DNA of 50,320 bases, the filler included, from Catajapyx aquilonaris (taxonomy: Eukaryota): assembly GCA_000934665.2 (NCBI GenBank). It is 3 parts of 3 records of this genome, joined end to end, with 100 filler letters (N's around TTAATTAATTAA, not from the genome) between each part and the next. Parts side by side here need not be neighbours in the genome. Positions count along the whole stretch, not along the records: positions 1 to 16,620 come from JYFJ02007151.1; positions 16,721 to 33,558 come from JYFJ02007152.1; 1 more part is not named here. One strand, written 5' to 3'. Every line of letters begins with the position of its first letter. The stretch's first letter is position 1. The translations under genes were made by a program, and so were the position numbers. Below the pieces are notes generated by a model. The model did not search any database, had not been told where the DNA came from, and worked only from the letters and a program-made list of their open reading frames with translations. This document shows positions 12,451-25,384 of this stretch, one piece after another.

Positions 12451-13834
12451 ACATTGTAAATAAATGTTACCTAATTTGTATGGTATAGTAGCTCTCCTCA
12501 GTATTTTCAGCAGAAATTATACATGGTATGTAAGCCGAAAATAATGTAGCAGATGATGTTAAACCTCGCCTCTTGCTGTAAACAAACAACGGCAGACATA
12601 TAATTCTGCAATGATTTGCAGACCCTACTGAAATCCTTACAACACCAGCTTCAAACATATCTACATGACCACCAATATTTTCCATCTTACTACCTCTGAA
12701 CAAATCCCTGCAATTCATCCAAAACAACACTGTTATCTCGATAACCTTGCTGAGGACTATGACTGAATTGAATAGAGATAGTCAGGACAAGGTTCTTGAC
12801 AAAAAGTGGAGTCAAAATTATGCACTTGACCAACCTTTCTCTATAAATGTGTTTAAGCCCGAATTTTCTGACCTGGAATTTTGAATGACAATGACATGGT
12901 TTTTAAAAATGCATTCAAAAATGCACAGAGAATGCGACATCGGCAAGCCATGATAAAAATTTCTTAATTCCTTGGTAGATTGTTTGCAATTAATTTTAAT
13001 GCTGTTTTCAGGTTTGTGTGGCCCCTCAGGTGATTATTAAAATTAATGTCCTGCTAAGTAACATAAACGTAGTGGCAGCAATTTTTACCAGACCCCACGG
13101 AAATTCACTGTCCAAGGTGTAATCATATTTATTTCAGTTGTTAATTGTCAAATCGACTTCAACTTTGGTGTCCCCCTAACTCCAATGTTACAATTCATGA
13201 TTATCCATTCTAAAGTCCAGATAATCTTAATGGAGATTTTTTATCACATTTTGTTTATTACGCCCACCAGTCCACTTTTTGGAGGTGGGCGAACTACACT
13301 GATGTTGGGTAAGTATATTTTTACTGTGCGTCTGTTTGTTCTGAATGAAAATTCATATGGCGACTCTTTGGGGTCCATGAAGTCCACCTAGAGAGGGGCC
13401 AACATTCACAAAATCGAACTCATTTGATTAGAATATATGATGGTTCTCTCTTATACATTGGCCACATAACACTAACACAGAAACTCAGCCACTTCAATGA
13501 ATCTGGAGATAGACTCATACTGTAGAAAATTACAGGTCTACTTGCTTATTGACATATAACTTGACAGATTATGGGATTGCAGCTTTGCAGGGTAAGTCAA
13601 TCACGAAGACAAATCAATTTTGTTACCCTAGCCTACACTGTATAACAAGGTCAAACTTGTTCGAGGATTTTTTGCATGCTAATGCTCAATAAATGAGTGT
13701 TCGATTATTGCTGCTTCTGCTGGAAGTGATGGCAAGTGCAAGTTATATTGTGGGTTCACAAAGGCATTTACTCAGTGTCGGTAGGTTCCATAAGATTTAT
13801 TACAGAATATTGCAAGTTTTATGAGAAACAGGTA

Positions 13835-14082
13835 CAGTAAAACTTCTATAAGTCGAACTTCCCTAAGTCGAAGTTCTCTATAAGTCGAAGAAAATGATGA
13901 GCTTGGTTGGTCACAATGTAAAATAATAGGAAATAAACTTCCCTAACTCGAATTTCTATAACTCGAAGTTCTCCATAACTCGAAGTGCAGGCAGGGCCTT
14001 ACGATGGGATGTCAATGCATTTCCGGTCTCCCTAAGTCGAAGTTCATGTTGGCGAGTACGGAAAATTTTCTCATTTACCAAC
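13835..14082. mobile_element. Left part of a second pogo-like MITE, interrupted
   Basis: Near-identical to 1826-2071, then homology breaks at 14083. Confidence 0.88.
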
Positions 14083-16318
14083 GGGTCATTCCATGTCAGT
14101 ACATCCAGCCATGTCACCCACCATCTCAGATTTTCTTGAAATTTTAACTGGGCAAACTGTGTACTGAGAAACTAATATCCTGAAAATTTTAGCCTCCTAG
14201 CTCTTATAGTTCTTGAGCTGTGGCCAGGGAAATGAGGGTGAAAATGGCTACGGCAGAGTTGTGAAGGCATGACTTGTTTTTGAAAATATTTTATTGTGTG
14301 TTAACTAATTGGTGTAGAAAGTTGAAAATATTTGTACTTATGCACAGAAACCTTCCGATTCCAAAAATGCTGTCAGATTTGTGCAGAGATCATATCTTCA
14401 CACATTAATCAATAACATTTGTTGGCATGACCTTGAAACTTTCACAGCTCATTCCCAAAATGTGTATCCTCAAATTTTAATGAAATTGCACCAAAAGGAA
14501 GGTCTTGAAGTCTACTTTCAGGAGGTGTAAATATTTGTCTGTGTATTTTGGGTTTTCACCTTGAAAATGGCAAAGGTGGGCATTAGCTCCGTTAATCAGC
14601 TAACAGCTAATAGCTGAACGAACTTTTCGCTAGCTGATTAGCTGTTTCCTCTAACTTTTCAGGTCGCTAGCTGACTAATTAGCTCTCACTAAATTAGTGC
14701 CGCACTGCAGCTAAATACAATCAGCTAACAAAATTAATTCGTGTTCCTGTGTCGCTGTCTGTTACTTTTTAAAGTTGCATTGTTTCCACTCCAGGCAGGG
14801 ATTAATATAGACCAGCTTATGAGTGGCCAGGGTGGGGGACTTCAAGGCCCTATGGTGGAATCTGGGAAGACCGAACGGGTAAGGTGAAGGTCAGAGGATC
14901 CGGGTCATAGGGTGATATGCAGGCCACTTTCCCGCCCACTGGTGACCCATGAAAATTGAACGTCTTTCTTTCAATGTCCAAAAATGTGGTGAACCAGCCA
15001 AGTGAGTCAACCAATAGCAATAGTCGATCCAGTCAGGGAAGATAAGAAGTGTAGCATATGGGGGGGGGGGNGGGGGGGGTTGCCAGAAACATCTGCATTT
15101 CCTCAGGTTAAACACAGGGGGCGAAGGGGAGAGCCATTAGCCGCCGCTTTTGGACATATTGAGGGCCAAGAGAGCCAGCCTCTCTGATGAAAATTTTGAG
15201 AGGCTGATTTTTTTGAAGGCTAATCAACATCATCTTAATACAAACTAACCAACCGGAACTCTGCGTGGAACTCTGTGTAGTGTTTGTTGGTTGTAAATAC
15301 GCTCGCAACGTACTGCTACGGTGTGCGGAATTGTTTAAAACTCCCTTTTTTGCCGCCGCCCATATACGTACATTGTACTCATATTACAGGGCTAGGTGCC
15401 GGATTGTAAATTCTGTCTACCTGGCCAAAACTTATTTTCCGATCACTTTGGTGCGCGGATTACATTATAGCTACCAGTTTTTTAATATAAATTTTGCATT
15501 GCCTGTCTTTGTAGCTTTCTTCTGAGACAAATAAACTTTTTTCCTCTTTGGATTTGTTTATTACTTTTTGTATGGAACAGTAAATAACTAAATAAGGCGT
15601 ATGTGTAGCAATGCTCTCTAGGCTTTATCAGCTCAGGTCTGGTTTTTAAGGGTCATGGAGAAAAAAAAAAGGGAAGTTAGCTGTTAGCTGTTAGCATTAG
15701 CTCTAACTAATTTTCTAGCCATTTAGCATTAGCTATTTAGCAAATGCAGTTTTTTATAGTTAGCTGATCAGCTGTTAGAGAAGCTGATTTTTCGGTTAGC
15801 TGTGCCCACCTTTGGAAAATGGTACATTAACACAAAGTGTCAATCAACAAGACTGTTCTATTGACACACGCCTTCAGATTGCTACATAATTACTCCAGTA
15901 TCTGGACATGATAATTTGAGTCTCTTTCATTGGCCTAAAGAGGACACAATTACTAAACATTTCATTAACATTTCACTTCAAAATGAGCAAGCACGAACCA
16001 AACATCTTACAATTGCAAGTGAACTCTTTTGTTGCATGTGTTTACGATCACCATTGGTATCTTGGGGTTGTGGATGAAATGGGAAAACATGACTTTGATG
16101 GTGACGTATATGTGAAATTTATGCATCCACATGGCCCAGCAAGATCCTACTATTGGCCAAATCCTGATGATAAGTGCTGGGTTCCAGTGCAACATGTGCT
16201 ATGTGTGGTAGGAATGCCTACTACTGCAACTGGAAGGCAATACCAACTGTCACGGGTGTCGTGCAAGGAAATTGAAGCTGCTTGGTGTAGTTTCACGAAA
16301 AAGGAAAGTGACTTATAA
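14083..16318 (+). mobile_element. DNA transposon derivative starting GGGTCATTCCATGTCA, with a transposase C-terminal remnant; possibly Sola-like
   Basis: The same 16-bp terminus occurs at 31961. ORF 15983-16318 (VACVYDHHWYLG..V.FMHPHGP..YYWP..DKCWVP..TGRQY) resembles the C-terminus of uncharacterised DNA-transposon proteins. Right end not visible before the gap. Confidence 0.55.
14571..15814. mobile_element. Non-autonomous P- or hAT-like element
   Basis: TIR CAAAGGTGGGCA / TGCCCACCTTTG; 8-bp TSD GAAAATGG at 14563-14570 and 15815-15822; dense subterminal TTAGC/GCTAA repeats. Confidence 0.9.
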
Positions 16319-16620
16319 GGGGTCGTCCATACACCACGTGACAGATTTTCGGGCACTTTTTGACCCCCCCTCCCCCCCAGTGACCGACCGTGGTATCCAT
16401 TGGAAACCCCTCCCCCCCCTTTTTACGTGGTTTTTAAAAAAATGTCAATGTTATCAGAAAAAACGCGATCGAAATTGATAGCTCCTCACCTAAACTGTTT
16501 AAGCACGTAAAAAACATGTCTCCTCATGTTTTCGGGGTCGCTGATTTCGAATTTTAGGTTATTTTGAACCCATGTGCATCTGCAAAAGCTCCCATATGTG
16601 CCAATTCACTGTGTTCAGAG
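16319..16620. mobile_element. Left end of a PIF/Harbinger-like element, cut by the gap
   Basis: TAA followed by GGGGTCGTCCATACACCACGTGAC; right end missing. Confidence 0.5.
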
Positions 16621-16720
16621 NNNNNNNNNNNNNNNNNNNNNNNNNNNNNNNNNNNNNNNNNNNNTTAATTAATTAANNNNNNNNNNNNNNNNNNNNNNNN
16701 NNNNNNNNNNNNNNNNNNNN
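16621..16720. other. Assembly gap with artificial TTAATTAATTAA linker
   Basis: 44 N + TTAATTAATTAA + 44 N; same layout at 33559-33658. Confidence 0.97.
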
Positions 16721-16817
16721 TGTGTTGGCCGACACGCACATATGCGTGCCCACCCCCACTGCTTGTCGCCGTTTTCCCCAACAGAGCGCGCTAGTGTAGT
16801 TACGCACGAGGCCTATA

Positions 16818-17361
16818 CAGGGTGTAAATGAATTCAGCCGACAAACTTGTAGGGGTAATAGAGGGGACCAAGACAAACATATTTGACATAGGAAACCGTG
16901 TCCGGAAACGCCATCTAGAGGGGGTTCATAGACGAGGAACGGGTGCTCTCAGACGCGTCAGGCTGGCGGCGTAAGCGAGCGGACCGTTTAGTTGCTAGGT
17001 GGCGGGTGGATTGTGCACAACTTTGGAATTCACCATAACCTGGCAACAACAGAGCCACCTAGCAAGTAAAGTCAGCATGCTAGGTAGCGCGCAGATAATA
17101 AACAACTCTGTTGTTGCCAGGTTATGGCGAAATACGAAGGTCTGTACAATCCGCCTGCCACCTAGCAACTAAACGGTCCGCTCGCTAACGCCGCCAGCCT
17201 GACACGTCTGAGCGCACCCGTTCCTCGTCTATGAACCCCCTCTAGATGGCGTTTCCGGACACGGTTTCCTATGTCAAATATGTTTGTCTTGGTCCCCTCC
17301 ACGGTCTTAGGTCCCCTCGATTACCCCTACAAGTTTGTCGGCTGAATTCATTTACACCCTG
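16818..17361. mobile_element. Near-fully palindromic Tc1/mariner MITE
   Basis: TA-CAGGGTGTAAATGAATTCAGCCGAC ... GTCGGCTGAATTCATTTACACCCTG-TA; arms ~230 bp. Related left end at 33474. Confidence 0.92.
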
Positions 17362-17665
17362 TATAATAATAATTAGCTCAATTCTGTGAATTTAGCAATT
17401 AATTAGATCAGTTTCTAAGCAATAATTAGCATATAATCGTTTTTGAACATGTAAACTTCACCGCTACGTTTTTTTCTGATCTCCAAGTAGCCGCATAGAA
17501 ATAGTTATAGCTGTTATGCTACGCACGGCTTAGACTATGAGAGCGGCACAGTAGATCTGGTAGGAGCGACCTTTCAATGCAGTTTGAATGATATAGGCGG
17601 CATGGGGCTGACACGTCGCGTTGGTGGGATATTGATTTTTTCCCCTCTACGATTACGTCATGCAT

Positions 17666-18004
17666 GGGGGGTAGGTGTGGTGGCCGAGCTGGTAACGTCT
17701 CGGCTTGCTGAGTGAAAGGCCCCAGGTTCGATCCCCGCCTGGGGAACTTTCCTTTCACCTGCGTCAGGAGGGTCTCTGACCTGCACCTTGGAGGTGTCTG
17801 GCAACCTAACCTCCTGGGGGACTGCACATGGCCCAAATTAAGACATTGCACTTGCACCCGTGTCCCCTCCCCAACAATCCCTATTATCCTTTCCGAATGT
17901 CCCTGTTTCCTTGCACCGGAAGAAGAAGTCGGAAAAATAGAGAAAACGGACGGTGGTGTGCCACCCCCCTATAGTTCCTATAAGAGACATCACAGGGTAA
18001 ACAA

Positions 18005-18055
<51 letters not shown>
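17666..18055 (+). mobile_element. SINE family B copy
   Basis: A box TGGCCGAGCTGG, B box GGTTCGATCC, (AAT)n tail; TSD ATTAC(G/A)TCATGCAT at 17652-17665 and 18056-18069. Confidence 0.9.
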
Positions 18056-18056
<1 letters not shown>

Positions 18057-18389
18057 TTACATCATGCATGAGTCATTGATGAGTCATGCAAGGGGAGTAG
18101 CGCCAGAAACTTTTGTTACACCCTGTATTTCTATTAATTACATGAATAAGTGTTCCAAAGGTTATGGACGAGACAGACAGTCAGGCAATATTTTATTATA
18201 TTTTATTTGCACAGCTCCATGATAGGGCAGAGCCCTTGACAGACAGTCAGGCAATATAATAAAACTCAGTGTTACAAGTTCAGGTAATATGCTGATTTGT
18301 GACAAGAGTGCAAACTTCAATTTGCTCGCCTGAAAAATTACACCTTTGTGGGTTATCACCTTTTTCCACCACACCCCTCATATTATTAA

Positions 18390-18688
18390 CCCTGGAACCA
18401 TGCCGTGGGGTCTTTTTGGACCCCAAGGAAAAAAATGCATTAAAATGATCATTAGCCTACAATGAACTTTTGGCATTTTTTTACAGTATATAACAGGAAG
18501 TGCAGGTTTATTTTGAATTAGGGATCCTCTTAGGCATTGTTCAAAGAATGATTGTATATAGTCAATACCTTTCAATACATTGAAAAGTATTATATAATAA
18601 TGAATAAAAATTAAAATATGGTGGAGTCTCTGAAAAGACCCCTTGGTACGGTTGCCGTAATACTCGTAGGCACGGCACGGTTCCAGGG
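18390..18688. mobile_element. piggyBac-type MITE
   Basis: TTAA-CCCTGGAACCATGCCGTG ... CACGGCACGGTTCCAGGG-TTAA (17/18 TIR match). Confidence 0.9.
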
Positions 18689-19144
18689 TTAAGTCTATTG
18701 ACTTCATCAAGGCAGTGCATCCTGGCCCTATGTTAATAACTAATTGGCATCTTCCCCCAATGTCAGGGGTATGAAGCGAAAAATTATTGCGGTGTACCCT
18801 TTTAACCAACACCCTTGCAATTCGGCCTACCACGTTCTCACATCCCATTTTGACAAGGGAACAAAGTTAAATAACTTCATCCAGCCTGATGTTCTCTCCG
18901 TGGAGGTTTAAACGAGTTATGGCTATTAGAAGACATGGTCAAATGATGGTAGTTTTCACCATTTTTAGGTATTTGCACAGGTATAATTGATCCTGCTGAC
19001 TCAATCTCATGGTTGAGTGGGGGAGAGGAGGGGCTCTCTTAGCCTCGGGAGAGATTCATCACATCTCAGTCACATGGAGAAAGAGAGATTGGAGCATCTT
19101 CCCCCATGCAGCATCTTCTCCAGACTTATATCAGTGCCACATAT

Positions 19145-19558
19145 TGTCATAATGTTGTGGATTTTTTAAACAGTTGGAATTAGTGTTGCCAGCTGTGAGA
19201 GGAGCTTTTAGAAGCTAAAATTAATTAAAAACTATCTACGTTCCACTATGAGCACTTTGAGGTTGAGTAATTTGGCTATATTGTCAATTGAGCAAGAATT
19301 GACTAATCAAATTGATTTTGACAACATAATTAGTGACTTTGCAGCCCAAAAAGCAAGCAAGGAAATATGTTAAAATTTGGTATCTGCCATGGCGATGAAT
19401 ATGTGAAATAAACATATGATCTTCACTTTGACCTTTTCCCAAGAGTAGAATTTTGATCTTAAAATTTTTGACAGCAATTAATAAAATCAAATGGTAATTG
19501 TAAGGGAGGTAAATTTTTGATCTCCCCTGGACGTTCCCAACCCTCGCTACGCTGCTGT
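19145..19558 (+). mobile_element. hAT transposase C-terminal dimerisation remnant plus likely 3' end
   Basis: SVASCERSF*KLKLIKNYLRSTMS..RLSNLAILSIE..IDFDNII.DFA; terminus-like GCTACGCTGCTG at ~19546-19557. Confidence 0.8.
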
Positions 19559-19927
19559 TATTGGATGAATAATGCACAGCATTTGGTCCTACATTCGAGT
19601 AGATTACTGTACTGCACTGTGAAACCAGAGAGATTGAAATCCTAATATGTCGGACACCTCCCAATGTTGGACATTTTCCTTGGAACCGTCCGTGTCCAAC
19701 ATGGACAAGATTCACTGCAAATCACATTTCCATTACTTTGCCAATAAATGCTGGCACCAATTATGTCACCTGTCTAGCCAAAATAACCGACATTGCCACA
19801 AGGACTGCAATGATGGTATCAAACATGAATTTTGATCAACACCACTGTCAACGAAAAACATGCCAAAAACTACAGCAACTTACATACAATGGACTGCACT
19901 ACTTCTGACACACCAATAGCAGGCATA

Positions 19928-21192
19928 CGAGGGTGGTTCAATAATTTATCTACCTGAGTATCAAAATGAATACCTTTATTGAAATCCTCCTAATCATTTT
20001 TCAATGTAGTCCCCCTTGAGCTCTACACACTTCTTCAACTTTGTCTCAAGTGACCTTAGGCCGTCAAAAAAAAAAGTTTCCTGTTGGTCTGCAAACTACT
20101 GCCTGGAGTTCTTCATCGCTGGAGAAACGCTGGCCACGCAGGAATTTCTTCAAGTTTAGGAACAGGAAATAGTCGCTTGGAGCCAGGTCTGTGCTGTATA
20201 GTGGATGGTTCAGTGTTTGGAAGCCACATTCAGCAATGGCGGCCTGTGATTTGTGCGCCATGTGCACAGGTGCGTTGTCGTGGAGAAGAAGAATGCATGA
20301 TGCAAGTTTCCCACGACGTTTGCTGTCGCAGAGCCCTCACAGTTGCAGCATAGGACTCCCCAGTGACTGTCTTCTTGTGAGACATGTATTCCAGGAGTAG
20401 TAGGCCGTTTTCGTCCCAGAAAACAGTGGCCATGATCTTCCCTGCGGAGCGCTGCACAGGGAACTTCTTCGGGGTCGGTGAACCCTTGTACTTCCACTGC
20501 ATTGACTCTTGTTTGGATTCAGGGTCCCAGTGATGGACCCATGTTTCGTTACCTGTCACCACTCGAGGGAAAAATCCATCGGGATCATCTCCAAGGAACT
20601 CCAAATTCTCCTGACTGTACTCGCTGCGGCAGGCTTTTTACATTGCTGTGAGCATTCTGGAACTGACCTTAGACATCCCCAAATTTTCACGGATAATTTT
20701 CCAAACTGTTCCTGCTGAAATGTCCAATTCCTGCACGATTTCCGCAACCTTGACTCGACGGTCCATCATAATGAATGTCTCCACTTTGTCGCACATTTCC
20801 TCTGAAGATGCACTCACCGGCCGCCCTGGGTGGGGGTCATCTTCAATTGACTCCCGTCCCCATTTGAACAGCTTACTCCAGAACTTGACCTTGCAGGCCG
20901 ATGGTGCACCATCACTAAACACTGTTCCCATCCTTTCATGGATCTCCTTCGGTGTTTTCTGCTCTTTTGTGAGGAACTTAAATCATCGACCTATGCTTTA
21001 AATCTACAACTTTCTTCGCAGAGAGGCAGGCACTATCACTTGACATGTTGTCACTCTGAGGTTGAACAACCTACTGCACTATAATTTGGTGTGAGTCACC
21101 CCAAGACATATATTTTGCTCTGTGTGCAAGTTCGGACTTGCACCTCTATGCTTTCATACTCATCAGGTAGATAAATTATTGAACCTCCCTCA
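19928..21192 (-). mobile_element. Full-length decayed mariner; transposase pseudogene at 21046-19994
   Basis: ~30-bp TIR CGAGGGTGGTTCAATAATTTATCTACCTGA, TA flanks, 1265 bp. Frameshifted motifs: HTH ...GRESIEDDPHPGRP, VTGNETWVHH, HPLYSTDLAPSDYFLF, GDYIEK*. Confidence 0.95.
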
Positions 21193-21574
21193 TACATCTT
21201 AGTCACTCATTGTTGTGTACTCTTGTCTGCAATTATTCTTTTTTGAAGCATGCTTTGGAAGTAAATTTTCAATTGTCAAAATCTGCTTCTAAAGCTTGAG
21301 AAAAGATGTAGCCATGTGGATGAATCTTGAACAGGTGTCGCACTGGGTAATAATTTCCCTACGAGGGCATGCCGATAATTTTTGTCTCCATGCTCATAGA
21401 ATTTTTAATACATGTCACAGGACAATGAGGGTGGCATCAAATGAAAGCATGAAATGTCCTTTTCAAAATCATATATTTACTTTTCTACATAACCACCACT
21501 CACAACAGTACACTTGCGCCAATGATGTACTAGTTTTTTCCTCCAGTCAGTGTACAACTCTGGGAAAGGTACCA

Positions 21575-21739
21575 AGCAGCTGTGGCCTATTTTACGGTAT
21601 GATCCCGAAAATTTTTCCTGGGGCGACCTTGGGAAACCACAGAAAACCAAGGTCATAATCGCCGGCCTACGGGGTTCGAACCCAGGACCTCCCGATTAGC
21701 AGTCGGACACCATATCCACTCCACCACTACTGCTTCGGT
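21575..21739 (-). mobile_element. SINE family A, partial (5' half)
   Basis: ACCGAAGCAGTAG head and GGTTCGAACC B box; matches 28868-29177. Confidence 0.85.
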
Positions 21740-22536
21740 AACAAGATATGAGTTGATATGCCAGATGAAAAAGTATGGGGAAATTGAGGCGTTAGAAGGC
21801 ATCTGGACTTCTGCAGTGTGATTGCATGTGTGTGGTCGAGCGTTATCGTGGTGAGTCCCTAGGCAGGGTCAGATGTTCAAGGACATGATTTTAATAACCT
21901 ATTTGAATGTTATGGACCATCTATAACATGTTTCTAATGCACTCATAGTGTACACTACTTATTGTCAGATGTAAGCATACGGATAGGTCTCGACTCTCGA
22001 GTACTCTGAATTTACACATTTCTTGTTTCATTGCATTTGAAGTGATTTGAAGTATGACTTACATTTATATTGCGAACTGTGCTAGTCACTTGGTTCGGTT
22101 CTACACCCTGTGCCACACTTAGTTCCTCAAGGTCAAGTAGACTCTGTACTCTTAACTGTGTGTATACAGCTGTAGATACGGCATTTTTATAATTTACAAA
22201 AAAAAGTGAAATATATGTCTACAATCCCGCCGTTCTTTTTGTGGCAATACCAGAGGTAATAACTATTTTTATTTAATAAATAGTAAGTAAGTAAAGTAAG
22301 TAAGTTCTTTATTTTCAATTGCGGTTCCCATAGTACAGAAAGACACTCTCACACAATATCACATAATTGTAACTTTTTGGTAGCATGTACAAAGAATATT
22401 TTTGAGGACATTTTCATATAATTTTTTTGGAAATGAAATTGCAGGTTTTTTCTATCTTCACCTACATATGCGTACATTCCATTATTGTTTCTATATGAAA
22501 GTGCTCTTGACCGGATTATTTCGGTGATGTACTATG

Positions 22537-23832
22537 CAGGGCCGGATGTAGGGGGGGCAAACGGGGGCACCTGCCCCGGGTGGCAAGAAGGTGGGGGCGG
22601 CATGTCTTGTCCCTCGAAATGAACTTGTCACATGCACATTGCACTGTTCTGTGTGCAGCTCCGGATTTACCCCCCCCCCCCCCCCCCCCCCCCCCCCNTG
22701 AGATAGGGCTGCCCCCCCACCCCCTGGCCTGACGCTTAAAAATACAAATTTCTTTATTGTGTTCTTTCCTTCATTTAATGTTATTTTATTTTAAAATATT
22801 ATATTGAAAGTTATGGCCGACCAGAGGGTGGCCGCCCATCGGCAATGACGTTTTCTGCCTGTAGTGGTAAATCAAGCTCTCAAAAATTCGTTTTTCTTTG
22901 TGATCTCGCATTGATTTCCTATTATTGTATTTGAGAAATATTATTTTTATTGCAACTCGCGGCCGCCCATAGGCCAGTGCCTACTGTGCCTAATGGGAAA
23001 TCCGCAGCTGGCTGTGTGTTCTTTTCAGTTTTGCGGTCGCGACCCCAAATTTGGGGTCGCGAGGAAGCTAGGTTAACTAGTTATTTGTGCAAATTGATTC
23101 TATCTCTCTAGAAAATTTGCCCGTACATGAGCTGTGTGTTAATTTAGCGATTATTGTAATTAACTACCACCAAAGGGGTAGGGTTGAATTGGAAGTGGTG
23201 GTAGCGAATTTTACGCATCTTTTCTGGGGTCGCCAACGAAAAACATTGGGAAGCACGACTCTGTAATGATCGAAAACCCGCTAATGCACGTTGACAACAC
23301 TGGAATTGTTTGTGAACTTGTAACGACAAAACTACAGCCACCTAAGCAGAACTCCTTTCAAGTGCAATATGCAGATCTGAAATAGTTATTAACCTTCTTG
23401 TCCTGCAGAAAGCTTTCATGCTAACCCTTCTTGGCTTGGTTCTTCTTATTGTCCGGGACAATGACAAGATGTGCGTTCATTACGAAAATATCTGCACACA
23501 GTATATTATTTGGACTGGTAGTCAAAACTGCAGTGCATCTTAGGGACTCTTTCCCAGAAATGCAAAACAACGCTGAAGATGATATTTCTTTCTGGCAGAA
23601 AGAAATAGCATCCTCAGCTTGTGTGAACTTGAACACACACAAATTTTCGCTTGCGCCGGGCTTCCTCGCCTGCCAGCCCCCCAAAAAAGAACGTTCTGTG
23701 CGCGTCCCTGCCTGAAGTACAGAAGATCCATGTCAGAAAAATGAAACCAAACTTTCAAACCGCGGGGGTTGGGGTGGAGGGCGGCAGGAAAGGTTTCTGC
23801 TCCCCCTCCGAAATTTCGTAGATCCGGCACTG
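22537..23832. mobile_element. hAT-like non-autonomous element containing nested elements
   Basis: TIR CAGGGCCGGATGTA / TAGATCCGGCACTG (12/14); TSD GTACTATG on the left and GTA[GCCTA]CTATG on the right. Confidence 0.75.
22656..23010. mobile_element. Nested hAT-like MITE
   Basis: TIR CAGCTCCGGATTT / AAATCCGCAGCTG (12/13); TSD TCTGTGTG / GCTGTGTG (7/8). Confidence 0.8.
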
Positions 23833-23869
23833 GTAGCCTACTATGCCTTGCATGAGATGATGGCTAGTA

Positions 23870-25166
23870 CCCAGGTAGCACAAAAAGCTGGGCCAATATT
23901 AGACGAATAATGGCCCAATATCTTGAATCTTGGGCAATATTGGCCTATCTAGCCAGTCTGAAGCCAATATTGGGTCGATATTGGCAGCCGATCTATTGCC
24001 ATTCAAACTCCCCAAGTAGCACAAAAAGTCGGCCCGACGTAGGAAGCAATGTCGGACCGATGTCCCGTGCATGTCGGCAAATGTCGGCCGACTTTGCCAG
24101 TCTGCAGCCAATCTTGGCCGAATGTAGGGAGCTGACCAACTCGTGCGAAGGCAGATAATAACGGTAGCAGCTTTATGCTTGACGTCACGAGTTGAGTCTG
24201 CAGTCAGGCGTAGGACGGTGGAACTGCGCGGTGATCTCAGCTCCGCCCTTGGTCTACAGGCCTACAGCCACCCGTGGGCCCGGGGCCCACCCTCACCGCT
24301 GCCCCTAGCTGTCAGGCAGCACAAAAAAAAACTGTCCATGATTGGCACGATATTGGCCCATGGTCGCGAAACTCGGCATAGCTTGGCTGATCTAGCCGGT
24401 TTACGGCCAATGTCGGTCCTATAACGGCAGCTAATCTAACCCGGATGTGACTCCCTCAGAAAGCAGTGAGGCGATTGCCGGTCTAAGGCCAATGTCGGTC
24501 CTATAAAGGCCGCCCATCTAACCCCGATATAATAGGATCTTGGCAGCTTCCCGCGTCGAGATGGCGCTGCCGTCGGATTATTGTCTTCCGATTTATCCCA
24601 CAACAATGCGAATTAATTTTGGCCATTACACGTGTGAAAAAGTGGCAGGTAACTCCACTGCATGCGGCTCATTTACCCCCGAGGTACTTCATTGTGACAT
24701 TAATTTGCTAGAGCCGTTCGATGGCAATGCTGTTTGGTGCGAGCAGGAGAAACCGCGGTATGGAAAGGCAACTTTTTCTGCGAAGCTCAACCAGAACAGC
24801 CACACAAGCCGGGGACTTACAGACTTCTCTGAAAACAAATAAAGTAATAAACCAACCAACCAACCAGGCTCTGCAACCAACCATCAACCAATGGCCCTCC
24901 AGACGTCACCCGGTCACCAACAAGCTAAATGCTAAAAAGCCACTTCCCAGGTAGCACAGAAATATCGGCCCAATCTAGGTAGAACGGCTGACCCAATATC
25001 GTACAATATTGGGTGACGATATTGGCCGATATCGTCACCCAATATTGGGCCAACGGAGGCAAAAGGTGAACACTTTTAGGTTGGTCCAATATCGTCACCC
25101 AATATTGTACCGATATTGGCTCAGCCGTTCTACCTAGATTGGGCCGATATGTCTGTGCTACCTGGG
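23870..25166. mobile_element. Composite CCCAG-terminated element (CMC/EnSpm-like), including a palindromic unit at 24946-25166
   Basis: TA-CCCAGGTAGCAC ... GTGCTACCTGGG-TA; extra left-end copies at ~24011, ~24312 and 24946; subterminal CCAATAT/ATATTGG repeats. Confidence 0.7.
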
Positions 25167-25171
25167 TAGAA

Positions 25172-25384
25172 ATCTCTCTACAAAATGGCCACCGGCCTGG
25201 TAATGTAATGGGCCATTGAATTATTCCCACCAGGAGCATAAATAATAAAAATTTGAAGTATAAAGTATGTAAAGTATTTAATACAGTACAAAGAACTATT
25301 TATGCTAATTGTGGGCTTCTCCACATTCGGAATAATTGAATGGCCCATTAAATTACCAGGCCAGTGGCCTTCTTGAAGATAAAT
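25172..25384. mobile_element. Old fold-back MITE-like element
   Basis: ~55-bp imperfect inverted arms GGCCAC(C/T)GGCCTGGTAAT..ATGGGCCATT.AATTATTCC. Confidence 0.55.

Noticed and set aside
16665..16676. TTAATTAATTAA inside N runs (also at 33603)
   Set aside because: Artificial six-frame-stop scaffold linker, not biology.
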